A stretch of DNA of 32,000 bases from Mycolicibacterium smegmatis (GTDB taxonomy: Bacteria > Actinomycetota > Actinomycetes > Mycobacteriales > Mycobacteriaceae), in the NCBI RefSeq assembly GCF_001457595.1, contig NZ_LN831039.1:1230001-1262000 (forward strand). Direction: 5' to 3'. The notes below the pieces were generated by a model. It was not told the origin of the DNA. It searched no databases and worked only from the letters and a program-made list of their open reading frames with translations. Numbering within the stretch: position 1 is the first letter of the stretch; every line of letters starts with the position of its first letter. Position numbers and translations under genes: made by a program. This document shows, piece by piece, positions 15,880 through 23,320 of the stretch.

Positions 15880-18404
15880 TGCCAAGGGCTGTAGATCGCT
15901 TCCAGCCGGAAGCTGACTACGACCCCACACGGCCTGGGACTGAGTTCCACATCTCGTTGGTGATGGCCCAGCAGGCGGAGATCTTCCGCCGCATGTGGGA
16001 GCAACTCGCTGAGGGCATCCGCAACACCATCATCGGGTTCATTAAGGAAGTCACCGGGATTGACCTGGAGACTTGGGAACTGTTCCTGATCGGTCTGGCG
16101 AATCAGCTGGGCCTGGATGACATTCAGGCGTGGGTTGCGGGAATTGTCGCAGCGTTCCAGGGGATCGACCTCACTCCGGGCGCGATCCTTGAGCTGATCA
16201 TCTCCCTCGTTGGTGACGCCATCGAGGAGCTGGTGGGGAAGCTGATCAATGGTGGTCAGCTGATTAACGCTTCGAACCTGTTCGGCAATCTGCTGCCCAG
16301 CTTGTTCTCGAACGTGCCGATCAGTGCCTTGACGGATGACCGACCGAACCTGCTGCTGAACCCCGACTTTGAGGGCATGGTGGCGATTACCGGTCAGGGC
16401 ATCTGGGAGTGGGACGCCGACGTGGGTCGGCTTGGTTCCGGCTCCGCCAGGGTGGAGGCCGATGGAACCCTGAAAGCTCTGCGGGCCAACGGTGTGTCAG
16501 TCGTTCCCGGGCAGAAAATGGACCTGGATGTGTTCATCCTGTCTTCGGGTCTGGCCGATCCTGGTGAACTGCTTCGCCTGGAGGTTGTGGAGTTTTTCGA
16601 CGGCGAGGAACTGGGCACGGCTCTGGTGCAGTCGCTGGAGACCCCCACGGACTTGCCGGATGAGTGGACCGGGTACGCGGAGGGCGCGAAGGCTGGCCGC
16701 CTCCAGGGTGTGTACACGGTGCCTTCTGGTGTGGATGAGATCCGCGTCCGCCTCGTGGTCACTTCGAACGCGACCAGCGGCACCATCTGGTGGGACGACG
16801 CCTCCCAGAAGCAGTCCGGTGGTATCCAGATGTCCTGGATCGATGGGTTGTTCGACCTGTTCGATGAGATCTCGGGGCAGTTCACCGAGATCCTGGACGA
16901 CATCATCCCTGGCCTGGGCTCGACCATTCAGGACGCCCTGGACTTCGTTGAGCGGATCGTCGCGACGATCACCGGGGCGTTGGGCGGGCTGATCCCAGAC
17001 AACCCGATTGAGGACCTGTGGAACGTTCTGACGGCGATCCCGTACGCGAACGTCCTCGGTATTGGTGGCCTGGAGAATATCGGGGAGGCTTTGCAGCAGA
17101 CCTGGGAGGGCCTCCTTCAGGGCCTGGGGTCCGTTGTCGAGCCCGGGGTCGGCGGTATCGCGGATCTGATTGATGCGGCTGCGAACCTATTCCAGAACGC
17201 CTTCAACGGCCTGTTCCTCGGGTTGGGCACCTACAACACGATCAGTAATCCGAACACGAAGCCGATCCACAACGGCGTGGACGACGCGATGGAGACAGTG
17301 TTCCCCATCACTCAGTTCTCGGGTGCCGATCCGACGAACGTGGACGCCGAGGAGGACACCTCCCGCATCGGGTTCATCCGCTGCGGCCAGGACACCACGA
17401 AACGGTCCGTCACCTGGTATGGCCGGGGCAACACAAACGTGGACGCGATCCATTGCGTGCTGTGGCGAATGAACACCGCCACAGGTGACCTGGCTCTGAT
17501 TGAGGAGTCCGCAAACCTGGTTGGTGACGTAGGATCAGATTGGGGATGGATCGCATTCAACTTCGATACCCCGGTCCAGGTGCAGGCCGGCGAGGTGTAC
17601 GGCTGCGAGGTCCGGGTTGAGGGCACAGGCGTTCACGAGATCGCCTCGCAGACAATCCCAATGGCACCGTTCCCGGGTATCCGCCCCCAGGGATTGGGGG
17701 CGACGCGGAACTCTGGCGACGGGACAACCCCGTCCACCGTCTCTGATGACGATGTCACCTACACCCAGGATGTTCCTTGGTTTGGGTTCTCCGCCAACGT
17801 AGTTCAGACAGCACCCACTGGTGGTGCGGTGCAGATCCTAAAGTTCGACGTTCCTGGACAGTTCGTGTGGAACTTCCCGGCGTGGATGAAAGAGTTCGAT
17901 GTCATCGCCCTGGGTGGTGGTGGCGGCGGTGCCGGTAGTGCCGGTACTGGCCTGCGTGGCGACGGCGGCACGGCGGGCCACTGGGAGATGCAGACCTTCG
18001 TTCGCAGCGAACTTAGCCCGTCGATCACCCGCCTGACGATCAATGTGGGTCAGGGCGGCCAGGGTGGGGCTGGTACACCGCTCCCGTTGCCTCTGGGCGC
18101 GAATGGTGGCGCTGGTCAGGCCAGCGGTGCCTTTGCGAACAGCATCAGCGTCGTTGGGGACGGTGGCGCTGGCGGCTCTGGTGCCAGTGGTGGCGACTCG
18201 TATCGCGGTGAAGCTGCTGGCAGTGAGGAATACAACGGCAACACCTTCGACGGTGGCGAGATTCAAGATTCGGCCGGCGGTGGCGGCTACGGCCCGGGTG
18301 GTGCTGGCGCTGGTGGTGCGGCACAGGCCTTTTGGGGCCGTCCCGGCGGTAATGGTGCCGCTGGCGCGGTGTGGATCGTGGTTCGACCGGAAGAGACGGA
18401 TTAA
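15879..18404 (+). CDS. Minor tail protein: CBM4/9-like jelly-roll, DUF4082-like domain, C-terminal glycine-rich domain (receptor-binding candidate)
   Basis: 841 aa, TAATG overlap. LNPDFEG...WWDDASQ pattern is carbohydrate-binding-module-like. C-terminus FDVIALGGGGGGAGSAG...GAAGAVWIVVRPE matches the phage glycine-rich tail-fibre domain. Confidence 0.85.
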   Translation: MPRAVDRFQPEADYDPTRPGTEFHISLVMAQQAEIFRRMWEQLAEGIRNTIIGFIKEVTGIDLETWELFLIGLANQLGLDDIQAWVAGIVAAFQGIDLTPGAILELIISLVGDAIEELVGKLINGGQLINASNLFGNLLPSLFSNVPISALTDDRPNLLLNPDFEGMVAITGQGIWEWDADVGRLGSGSARVEADGTLKALRANGVSVVPGQKMDLDVFILSSGLADPGELLRLEVVEFFDGEELGTALVQSLETPTDLPDEWTGYAEGAKAGRLQGVYTVPSGVDEIRVRLVVTSNATSGTIWWDDASQKQSGGIQMSWIDGLFDLFDEISGQFTEILDDIIPGLGSTIQDALDFVERIVATITGALGGLIPDNPIEDLWNVLTAIPYANVLGIGGLENIGEALQQTWEGLLQGLGSVVEPGVGGIADLIDAAANLFQNAFNGLFLGLGTYNTISNPNTKPIHNGVDDAMETVFPITQFSGADPTNVDAEEDTSRIGFIRCGQDTTKRSVTWYGRGNTNVDAIHCVLWRMNTATGDLALIEESANLVGDVGSDWGWIAFNFDTPVQVQAGEVYGCEVRVEGTGVHEIASQTIPMAPFPGIRPQGLGATRNSGDGTTPSTVSDDDVTYTQDVPWFGFSANVVQTAPTGGAVQILKFDVPGQFVWNFPAWMKEFDVIALGGGGGGAGSAGTGLRGDGGTAGHWEMQTFVRSELSPSITRLTINVGQGGQGGAGTPLPLPLGANGGAGQASGAFANSISVVGDGGAGGSGASGGDSYRGEAAGSEEYNGNTFDGGEIQDSAGGGGYGPGGAGAGGAAQAFWGRPGGNGAAGAVWIVVRPEETD

Positions 18405-20227
18405 TGGCTGTTACCGGTTGGTGGGCTGAGATCCACAAGACTGCGACCATGGAGGTGTCCCCTCTGGTCGTGGTGGGTGCTGCCGCCTCCCGTGTCCCGG
18501 CTGCTGCTGAAATGTCGGTCGCCCCAACGCTTGAGGTGTTGGGTGCAGAGTTGCACACAGCTTCGGTGGAGATGGCGGTGTCCCCAGTGATGACTGGGAC
18601 ACTGCCTCCCCCGAAGTACGTGGAGCTTTCCGTGTCCCCGTCTATTGGCATTGATGGTGCCGCCCGGTACCCCGGCAACGCTGTTGGGATGACCGCCCCG
18701 GCCTCGGTGACTGCATATGTCTCTGTGCGGTATGCGGTCGAGGTGGACATGTCGGTGTCGCCCTCGGTTGGCGGCGCTTTGCCTGAGCCGGTGCCCGGGG
18801 TGGCGACGATCTCGGTGTCCCCAAGCGTGAGCGCCGAGGCATCAGCGACAACCCCTCGGACGATGCCTGAGTTTGACGCCATCGGAGCTGGGGCGACACG
18901 GACCAACGGCACCACCGGAAGCTGGAACGCATCCTGGAGCCACTCCGCAACGGAGGGTTCCGCCGTCCTTGTCGTGGTTGCAGAGTACGCCCAACTGGGA
19001 ACGCCAAGTGTGACGGCTCAATACGGCGGCGCGAGCATGACAAACCTGGGAAGCCGCTCCTCCCCGGTCTCCAACTTTGTGGTCACACTCTTTGGGATTA
19101 CGGATGTGGATGGCGGCACGAAGACGGTGCAGATCTCGTCCAGTGCCTCCCCAGGGCCGATGCGAACGGGTGCCGCGAACAGCTTCTCCTATATAGGAGT
19201 TGACTCGTTCCGCACTTCCTCGACCGCTAACGGAAACGCGAGTGGTGGTGCGGCGATGCCCATCTCCATTTCTTCGGGTGACGGCGAGATGGCGTTCGTG
19301 GCCTATGGAGTGTTTAACAGCGGCAACGCCTCCGCCCCTTCGGTCACCTCCTTCAATGGAACGCAGCGGTACAGCCAAACCGCCTCCAATAGCAACTCCC
19401 CGGGAAATGCTCAACGACTGTTCGTGGGCGACATGGAATCCGACTCCACTTCGGTTGACATGTCGGCGAATTCGAACAACTACTGGGCCGCTATTGGCGT
19501 GTCGATGATTGGCGTGACCGTTCAGGAGGCTGAACCGGCGTCTGCGACAATAACTGTCACCCCATCGGTTCAGGCGAAGGGCCATTGGGCCACACCTGCA
19601 TCCGTTGAGATGTCGGTGTCGCCTTCGCTCACGATTCATGGGCAGCAGCACCACAACCCCGAAACCACCGTCTTCAGCTCAAGTGGAACCTGGACCGCAC
19701 CGGACTGGTTGCGTGCAGGGATCGACTTCGTTGACGTGATCGCCGTGGGCGGCGGCGGCGGTGGTGGTGGTGCAGGATTCGGCGCAAGCAATGGCGGTCC
19801 CGGCGGAGCGTCGCGGGCGGACTACGAAACCTTGCCAGGCTCCGGGGTGATAAGCAACATTGTCCTCGCTGAGGGCGGCTACCGGGGTGATACCGATACT
19901 GGCGGCGGCGGCGCAGGTATTGGATCAGGCAACCACACCTATCGTGGCGTCCTTTACGAAGGCAGCCCTGAATTCAACTACGACGGAGACGGCATCGTGC
20001 CCGGTGGGGGTGGTGAAGGAGGCAACTTCTTCGGCGCTCACGCAGCAGGCGGCGGTGGCGGTGATTGGGACGATGGAACCATCACCTATTCAGGAACCAG
20101 CATCAGCGTCACGGTCGGTGCCCGAGGGTCACGAGGTGGCGGTATCGCATTGGGCCACTACGGTGCTCGCGGTCAGGTGTGGGTTGTTGCCCGACAGAAA
20201 ACCCTCACACAGCAATTATCAAGTTAA
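18404..20227 (+). CDS. Minor tail protein with N-terminal ~20-aa repeat array and C-terminal glycine-rich domain
   Basis: ATG 18404 overlaps the upstream TAA. Seven periodic copies of x-[M/L/I]-x-V-[S/A/T]-P sit in residues about 15-140, with two more near residue 385-410. C-terminus VDVIAVGGGGGGGGAGFG...GARGQVWVVARQ is paralogous to the previous gene's C-terminus. Confidence 0.8.
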   Translation: MAVTGWWAEIHKTATMEVSPLVVVGAAASRVPAAAEMSVAPTLEVLGAELHTASVEMAVSPVMTGTLPPPKYVELSVSPSIGIDGAARYPGNAVGMTAPASVTAYVSVRYAVEVDMSVSPSVGGALPEPVPGVATISVSPSVSAEASATTPRTMPEFDAIGAGATRTNGTTGSWNASWSHSATEGSAVLVVVAEYAQLGTPSVTAQYGGASMTNLGSRSSPVSNFVVTLFGITDVDGGTKTVQISSSASPGPMRTGAANSFSYIGVDSFRTSSTANGNASGGAAMPISISSGDGEMAFVAYGVFNSGNASAPSVTSFNGTQRYSQTASNSNSPGNAQRLFVGDMESDSTSVDMSANSNNYWAAIGVSMIGVTVQEAEPASATITVTPSVQAKGHWATPASVEMSVSPSLTIHGQQHHNPETTVFSSSGTWTAPDWLRAGIDFVDVIAVGGGGGGGGAGFGASNGGPGGASRADYETLPGSGVISNIVLAEGGYRGDTDTGGGGAGIGSGNHTYRGVLYEGSPEFNYDGDGIVPGGGGEGGNFFGAHAAGGGGGDWDDGTITYSGTSISVTVGARGSRGGGIALGHYGARGQVWVVARQKTLTQQLSS

Positions 20228-20244
20228 GGAACAAGGAACGAAAT

Positions 20245-20580
20245 ATGGCTGTTACCAACGCAACCAAGCTGGCGGCTTGCAACGCTGCTGCTGACCGTGG
20301 CAGCTGGGTCGCGGTGTTCACCAACGCGGCCGGGACCACGGGTGCCAATGAGGCGACCGGCGGCAGCTACGCCCGGAAGCAGACCTCCTGGAGCGACTCG
20401 ACCAACAAGGTCGTGGGCACCGAGGTGAACATTCCGGTCGCGGCTGGCACCTATAAGGAAGCCGGCATCTTCAGCGCCTCGACCAGCGGCACGTTCGTCG
20501 GCTCCGGTCCGTTCGACGGCGGCGACGTGGTCGTGGCCGGTGCGGGTGCGAGCATCGACGTGACCATCACCTGGAGCTGA
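20245..20580 (+). CDS. Small tail-associated protein (111 aa)
   Basis: ATG 20245 follows an AAGGAACAAGGAA SD; the track extension from 20065 lies inside the upstream gene. The TGANEATGGSYARKQ motif resembles a family I recall from phage tail-fibre regions (HT.DPG..G.NE..GGGYAR). Confidence 0.55.
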   Translation: MAVTNATKLAACNAAADRGSWVAVFTNAAGTTGANEATGGSYARKQTSWSDSTNKVVGTEVNIPVAAGTYKEAGIFSASTSGTFVGSGPFDGGDVVVAGAGASIDVTITWS

Positions 20581-20581
20581 T

Positions 20582-20833
20582 GTGTTCGGAGTGAGGACCA
20601 AGGGCCGCGTCATCGGCCTGAACGAGGACCTGATGATGGTGCTGTGCAACGTCACCGGGAACGCGGTCGTGACTGCGAGCCGAGTGGATGGGGTATGGAC
20701 CATCAGTAATGATTCGACCAGCCGCACGGCGGACAACCGCCGCGACGCCATCGCCGTGATGGTGGATGTTGCGAAGGGCTTGGATTCGTACTACACCGCC
20801 CAGGTGCAGCCCGGTCTGGCCGATCAGCCGTGA
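20582..20833 (+). CDS. Hypothetical protein (83 aa)
   Basis: GTG start 1 nt after the upstream stop. GTGA overlap with the next gene. No recognisable motif. Confidence 0.5.
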   Translation: MFGVRTKGRVIGLNEDLMMVLCNVTGNAVVTASRVDGVWTISNDSTSRTADNRRDAIAVMVDVAKGLDSYYTAQVQPGLADQP

Positions 20834-21153
20834 GCGTCGGAGTTGTGGAGATCATCCTCGCCATCCTGGGTGGCGGCGGGGCCTCCACGCTGATGAACTA
20901 TCTCTTCGGGAAGCGGGGCCGGCGACTGGATGAAGCCCGGATCGCTGCCGAGATCTCCCGGGAACTCCGCGAAGAACTGTCGGAGAAGGCCGAGAAGCAG
21001 ACTGAGACGATTGGCCTGCTGCGGTCCGTAATTATCAGCCTCACAGGGCTTCTGGACGAGATTTTTCCGCGCATTGAGGGGATTACCCCCGAGGAGCGTA
21101 ATCGTCTGCGAGACGCGAATCTGGAGGCCCGTCTAACGGCGCTTCGGGCCTGA
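20830..21153 (+). CDS. Small membrane protein: N-terminal TM helix plus charged coiled-coil tail
   Basis: VGVVEIILAILGGGGASTLMNYLF is a hydrophobic segment, followed by a Glu/Arg/Lys-rich helix-like sequence. It is the last rightward gene of the prophage. Confidence 0.55.
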   Translation: MSVGVVEIILAILGGGGASTLMNYLFGKRGRRLDEARIAAEISRELREELSEKAEKQTETIGLLRSVIISLTGLLDEIFPRIEGITPEERNRLRDANLEARLTALRA

Positions 21154-21157
21154 TCGC

Positions 21158-21175
21158 GGGCGTCAACGCCCTTTT
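21158..21175 (+). terminator. Putative intrinsic terminator of the late operon
   Basis: GGGCG-TCAA-CGCCC followed by TTTTG, directly after stop 21151-21153. The stem is short (5 bp), so support is weak. It overlaps the 3' end of the convergent gene. Confidence 0.35.
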
Positions 21176-21417
21176 GCTCGGTTACGGCGGGCTTTCAAAC
21201 TCTTCAGGGCGAGACGCTGGTAGTAGGCCTTCTTAGCAGACTCCGCTCGCCGTGCCCGCTCGGCGGGGGATAGGCGGCCTTCGGGATCGACCTCTTTCTC
21301 GAACTTCGCCATCATCGCCATCCTGGCTGCATGAGTTCGGGCAGTGCGGTCTTCAGTGTTGGCCCACGACATGTTCGCGGCGATCTTCGCCGCCAGGGAC
21401 TTCTCGCTGTCGCTCAT
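21163..21417 (-). CDS. Small basic helical protein (84 aa), leftward, adjacent to the attP-derived arm
   Basis: ATG with an AAGGACC SD. Arg/Lys/Ala-rich (…SWANTEDRTARTHAARMAMMAKFEKEVDPEGRLSPAERARRAESAKKAYYQRLALKSLKARRNRAKGR). I recall similar small proteins next to integrases in actinobacterial integrative elements. Function unknown. Confidence 0.6.
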   Translation of the reverse strand: MSDSEKSLAAKIAANMSWANTEDRTARTHAARMAMMAKFEKEVDPEGRLSPAERARRAESAKKAYYQRLALKSLKARRNRAKGR

Positions 21418-21559
21418 TTTGGTCCTTGCTGGAGCGTGAGGAATATGGGTCGCCAGGACCGTACCCCCGCGTGGCTCGGGCGGGCCGGCGGTTTGGACAC
21501 TCTCGGCTGAACTATTACTTCTTAGGGTCGCCTTGCGCTTGCCCCGTGCCTGTCAGCTG

Positions 21560-21580
21560 TACCGCAGTGATACCGCAGTG
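21560..21580 (+). repeat. Tandem direct 10-bp repeats TACCGCAGTG x2, 11 bp apart (candidate integrase arm-type sites)
   Basis: 21560-21569 and 21571-21580 are identical. They lie in a non-coding, lower-GC stretch about 110-130 bp left of the tRNA-derived core. Confidence 0.45.
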
Positions 21581-21690
21581 CTTTCAGACGGTGCCGTCTC
21601 TTGCAAACGCAACCAACTGGATAACTGCAGGTGAAAGCTGGTAGTTCAACGGTCTACCGATCTCGCCAACGGCAGCAAACGCCCAGAAAA

Positions 21691-21746
21691 ACGGACTGTA
21701 AATCCGTCGGCTTACGCCTACGCAGGTTCGAATCCTGCACCTGCCA
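21691..21746 (+). tRNA. Truncated tRNA-Tyr(GTA), 3' portion only (anticodon arm to acceptor 3' strand); attR common core
   Basis: Anticodon stem ACGGA/TCCGT with loop CTGTAAA (GTA at 21698-21700). Long variable arm. T arm GCAGG-TTCGAAT-CCTGC. Acceptor 3' strand ACCTGCC plus discriminator A. No matching 5' acceptor (GGCAGGT) or D-arm upstream. Confidence 0.75.
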
Positions 21747-21754
21747 CCCAGGTC

Positions 21755-21786
21755 AGGCCCCCTTTCGAGGGGGCCTGTTTGGTTTC
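21755..21786 (+). terminator. Intrinsic terminator downstream of the tRNA-Tyr remnant
   Basis: AGGCCCCC-TTTCGA-GGGGGCCT perfect 8-bp GC stem followed by GTTTGGTTTCT. Confidence 0.7.
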
Positions 21787-21835
21787 TGGGGCCCGCGAAT
21801 GTCAGGGTGCTGCCTGGCGCCGGTTCGTGGCCCCG

Positions 21836-22210
21836 TCAGGTAGACGACGGCGAGCGCCCCGCCAAACTGCCGGGCCGCGTTTGGATCTGACGCAGCTTCG
21901 CCGTCGCGGTGTCCAGCAGCAACAACAGGTGCTCCACGCTGGCGTCGTCGTCCGACTCCTCAGCTGCCTTCTCCAGCAGCCACGCCCGCGCCACGGTCGA
22001 GGCAGGCAACCCGCGGCGCCGCGCGATTCTTTCCACGGCCTCGTACTCGTCGGGATTCAACCGCACCTGAAGCACCTTGCTGCGCGCATGACCGGGGCGA
22101 GACACCGGTACGTGTTCAGGCAGTGACTGGTCGTCATCCTCGTCGGGAGCGTTCTCTACTTCCTCCGCGATCGACTCCACGGTGCGTCGCCGTTCGTCAT
22201 CGTTGCTCAC
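21836..22210 (-). CDS. Ribbon-helix-helix (CopG-like) DNA-binding protein with acidic N-terminal region
   Basis: GTG 22210 follows an AGGAGGG SD; the track extension to 22366 runs through the AT-rich promoter region. KVLQVRLNPDEYEAVERIARRRGLPASTVARAWLLEK is an RHH-like beta-alpha-alpha pattern. Confidence 0.6.
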   Translation of the reverse strand: MSNDDERRRTVESIAEEVENAPDEDDDQSLPEHVPVSRPGHARSKVLQVRLNPDEYEAVERIARRRGLPASTVARAWLLEKAAEESDDDASVEHLLLLLDTATAKLRQIQTRPGSLAGRSPSST

Positions 22211-22293
22211 GTCTAACCCTCCTGTTTCTGAGTGTATTGCAATTTGTATTACATGAATCCAGGGTGTAGTCCCGCCACACGTGCCAGGGAATT

Positions 22294-22344
22294 GCTTCGA
22301 AGTCGAAGCAGTTACTCGATAGGTAACTGCTTCGAAATCGAAGC
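22294..22344. promoter_or_regulatory. Two perfect 7-2-7 palindromes GCTTCGA-NN-TCGAAGC (operator candidates) upstream of the oxidoreductase gene
   Basis: Sites at 22294-22309 and 22329-22344, 35 bp centre to centre, flanking the palindrome AGTTAC-N7-GTAACT. They lie 20-70 nt upstream of ATG 22365. Confidence 0.6.
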
Positions 22345-22364
22345 GAATCATCGAGGAGGAAGTC

Positions 22365-23309
22365 ATGAAGGCTGTGCGTTACCACCGTTACGGCGGCAGC
22401 GAGGTCCTGCAGTACGAGGACGCCCCCAGGCCGGCGCCGGGCCCGCGGCAGGTGCTCGTGGAGGTCGCCGCGACCTCGTTCAACCCCGTCGACGCCGGCA
22501 TTCGCGGCGGGTACCTGGCCCAGGTCTACGACATCGCTTTCCCGCACACACCAGGAGTGGACGTCGCCGGCACGATCGTGGAACTCGGTGGGGAGGTTCG
22601 GGGATGGGCCGTCGGTGATGCGGTGGTGGCGTTCCTGCCGCTCGACGCCGACGGCGCGGCCGCCGAATTCGCAGTTGTCCCAGTCGAATCCCTGGCGGCG
22701 GCGCCGACGACGGTATCGCTGGCCGACGCGGCCGCGCTGCCCGAAGCCGGCCTGACCGCCTGGCAGTCGTTGTTCGAGATCGCCGGATTGGCCGATGGCC
22801 AGTCGGTGCTGATCAACGGCGCATCCGGGGCGGTCGGCGGGTACGCGGTTCAACTGGCCGCGCAGGCCGGCGCCCACGTCACGGCCACCGCGACCGACCG
22901 TGACGCCGAACGACTGCGCGCACTCGGGGCCCACCGCATCGTCGACTACATCGACTACACGCACGCGCCGATCAGCGTGGAGGGCGCCCCATTCGACGTG
23001 GTGCTCAACCTGATTGCCACCACCGACGACCAGACCGAGTCACTGCTGGCCGTGGTGGCCGACGGGGGTTTCCATGTCGGCACCATGGTCGCGGGGCCAG
23101 ACGACCCCGGACGCGGTATCCGCACTCAACGGGTCTTTGTGCGCAGCGACGCCACCCAACTTGGCGAACTGGTCGAACGGGTCGACGCCGGGGACTTGCG
23201 CATCGAGGTTTTCCAACGCCGCCCCCTCGCAGACACCGCCGCCGTCCATGCCGATTCGGACACCGGACGCCTGCACGGCAAGACCATCCTCATCCCCGGC
23301 CGCAGATGA
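22365..23309 (+). CDS. NAD(P)H-dependent quinone oxidoreductase-like enzyme (zinc-type alcohol dehydrogenase / MDR superfamily)
   Basis: 314 aa, GAGGAGGAAG SD. MKAVRYHRYGG..VLQYEDAPRP...GVDVAG...VLINGASGAVGGYAVQLA has the GroES-like and Rossmann GxxGxxG pattern of the MDR family. Confidence 0.85.
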   Translation: MKAVRYHRYGGSEVLQYEDAPRPAPGPRQVLVEVAATSFNPVDAGIRGGYLAQVYDIAFPHTPGVDVAGTIVELGGEVRGWAVGDAVVAFLPLDADGAAAEFAVVPVESLAAAPTTVSLADAAALPEAGLTAWQSLFEIAGLADGQSVLINGASGAVGGYAVQLAAQAGAHVTATATDRDAERLRALGAHRIVDYIDYTHAPISVEGAPFDVVLNLIATTDDQTESLLAVVADGGFHVGTMVAGPDDPGRGIRTQRVFVRSDATQLGELVERVDAGDLRIEVFQRRPLADTAAVHADSDTGRLHGKTILIPGRR

Positions 23310-23320
23310 CCCCGGAATCA

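Larger units (their letters stand above)
1..21746 (+). mobile_element. Integrated siphovirus-type prophage, right portion (late/structural operon through attR); left end outside window
   Basis: Uninterrupted, tightly packed or overlapping rightward genes in canonical order (terminase-portal-capsid-connector-tail-TMP-minor tails). They end at a truncated tRNA-Tyr 3' half followed by host-type genes of visibly higher GC. Confidence 0.85.

Noticed and set aside
15879-20227. Diversity-generating retroelement or hypervariable target in the tail fibre genes
   Set aside because: There is no reverse transcriptase ORF in the window, and I could see no near-identical template/variable DNA repeat pair. 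The two glycine-rich C-termini are diverged paralogues.
20228-21700. Absence of a lysis cassette (lysin A/B, holin) between the tail genes and attR as a sign of a defective prophage
   Set aside because: In L5-like (cluster A type) mycobacteriophages the lysis genes sit upstream of the terminase, and the minor tail genes abut attP and int. The layout here matches that architecture, so the missing genes may simply lie left of the window.
21631-21843. 70-aa ORF and a possible full-length tRNA spanning 21630-21750
   Set aside because: The ORF runs through the tRNA remnant and terminator. The 5' portion does not give a 7-bp acceptor stem or a D-arm, so only a 3' tRNA fragment is supported.
22211-22366. 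N-terminal extension of the RHH ORF across the intergenic region
   Set aside because: It crosses an AT-rich, palindrome-rich promoter region. GTG 22210 has a strong AGGAGGG SD.
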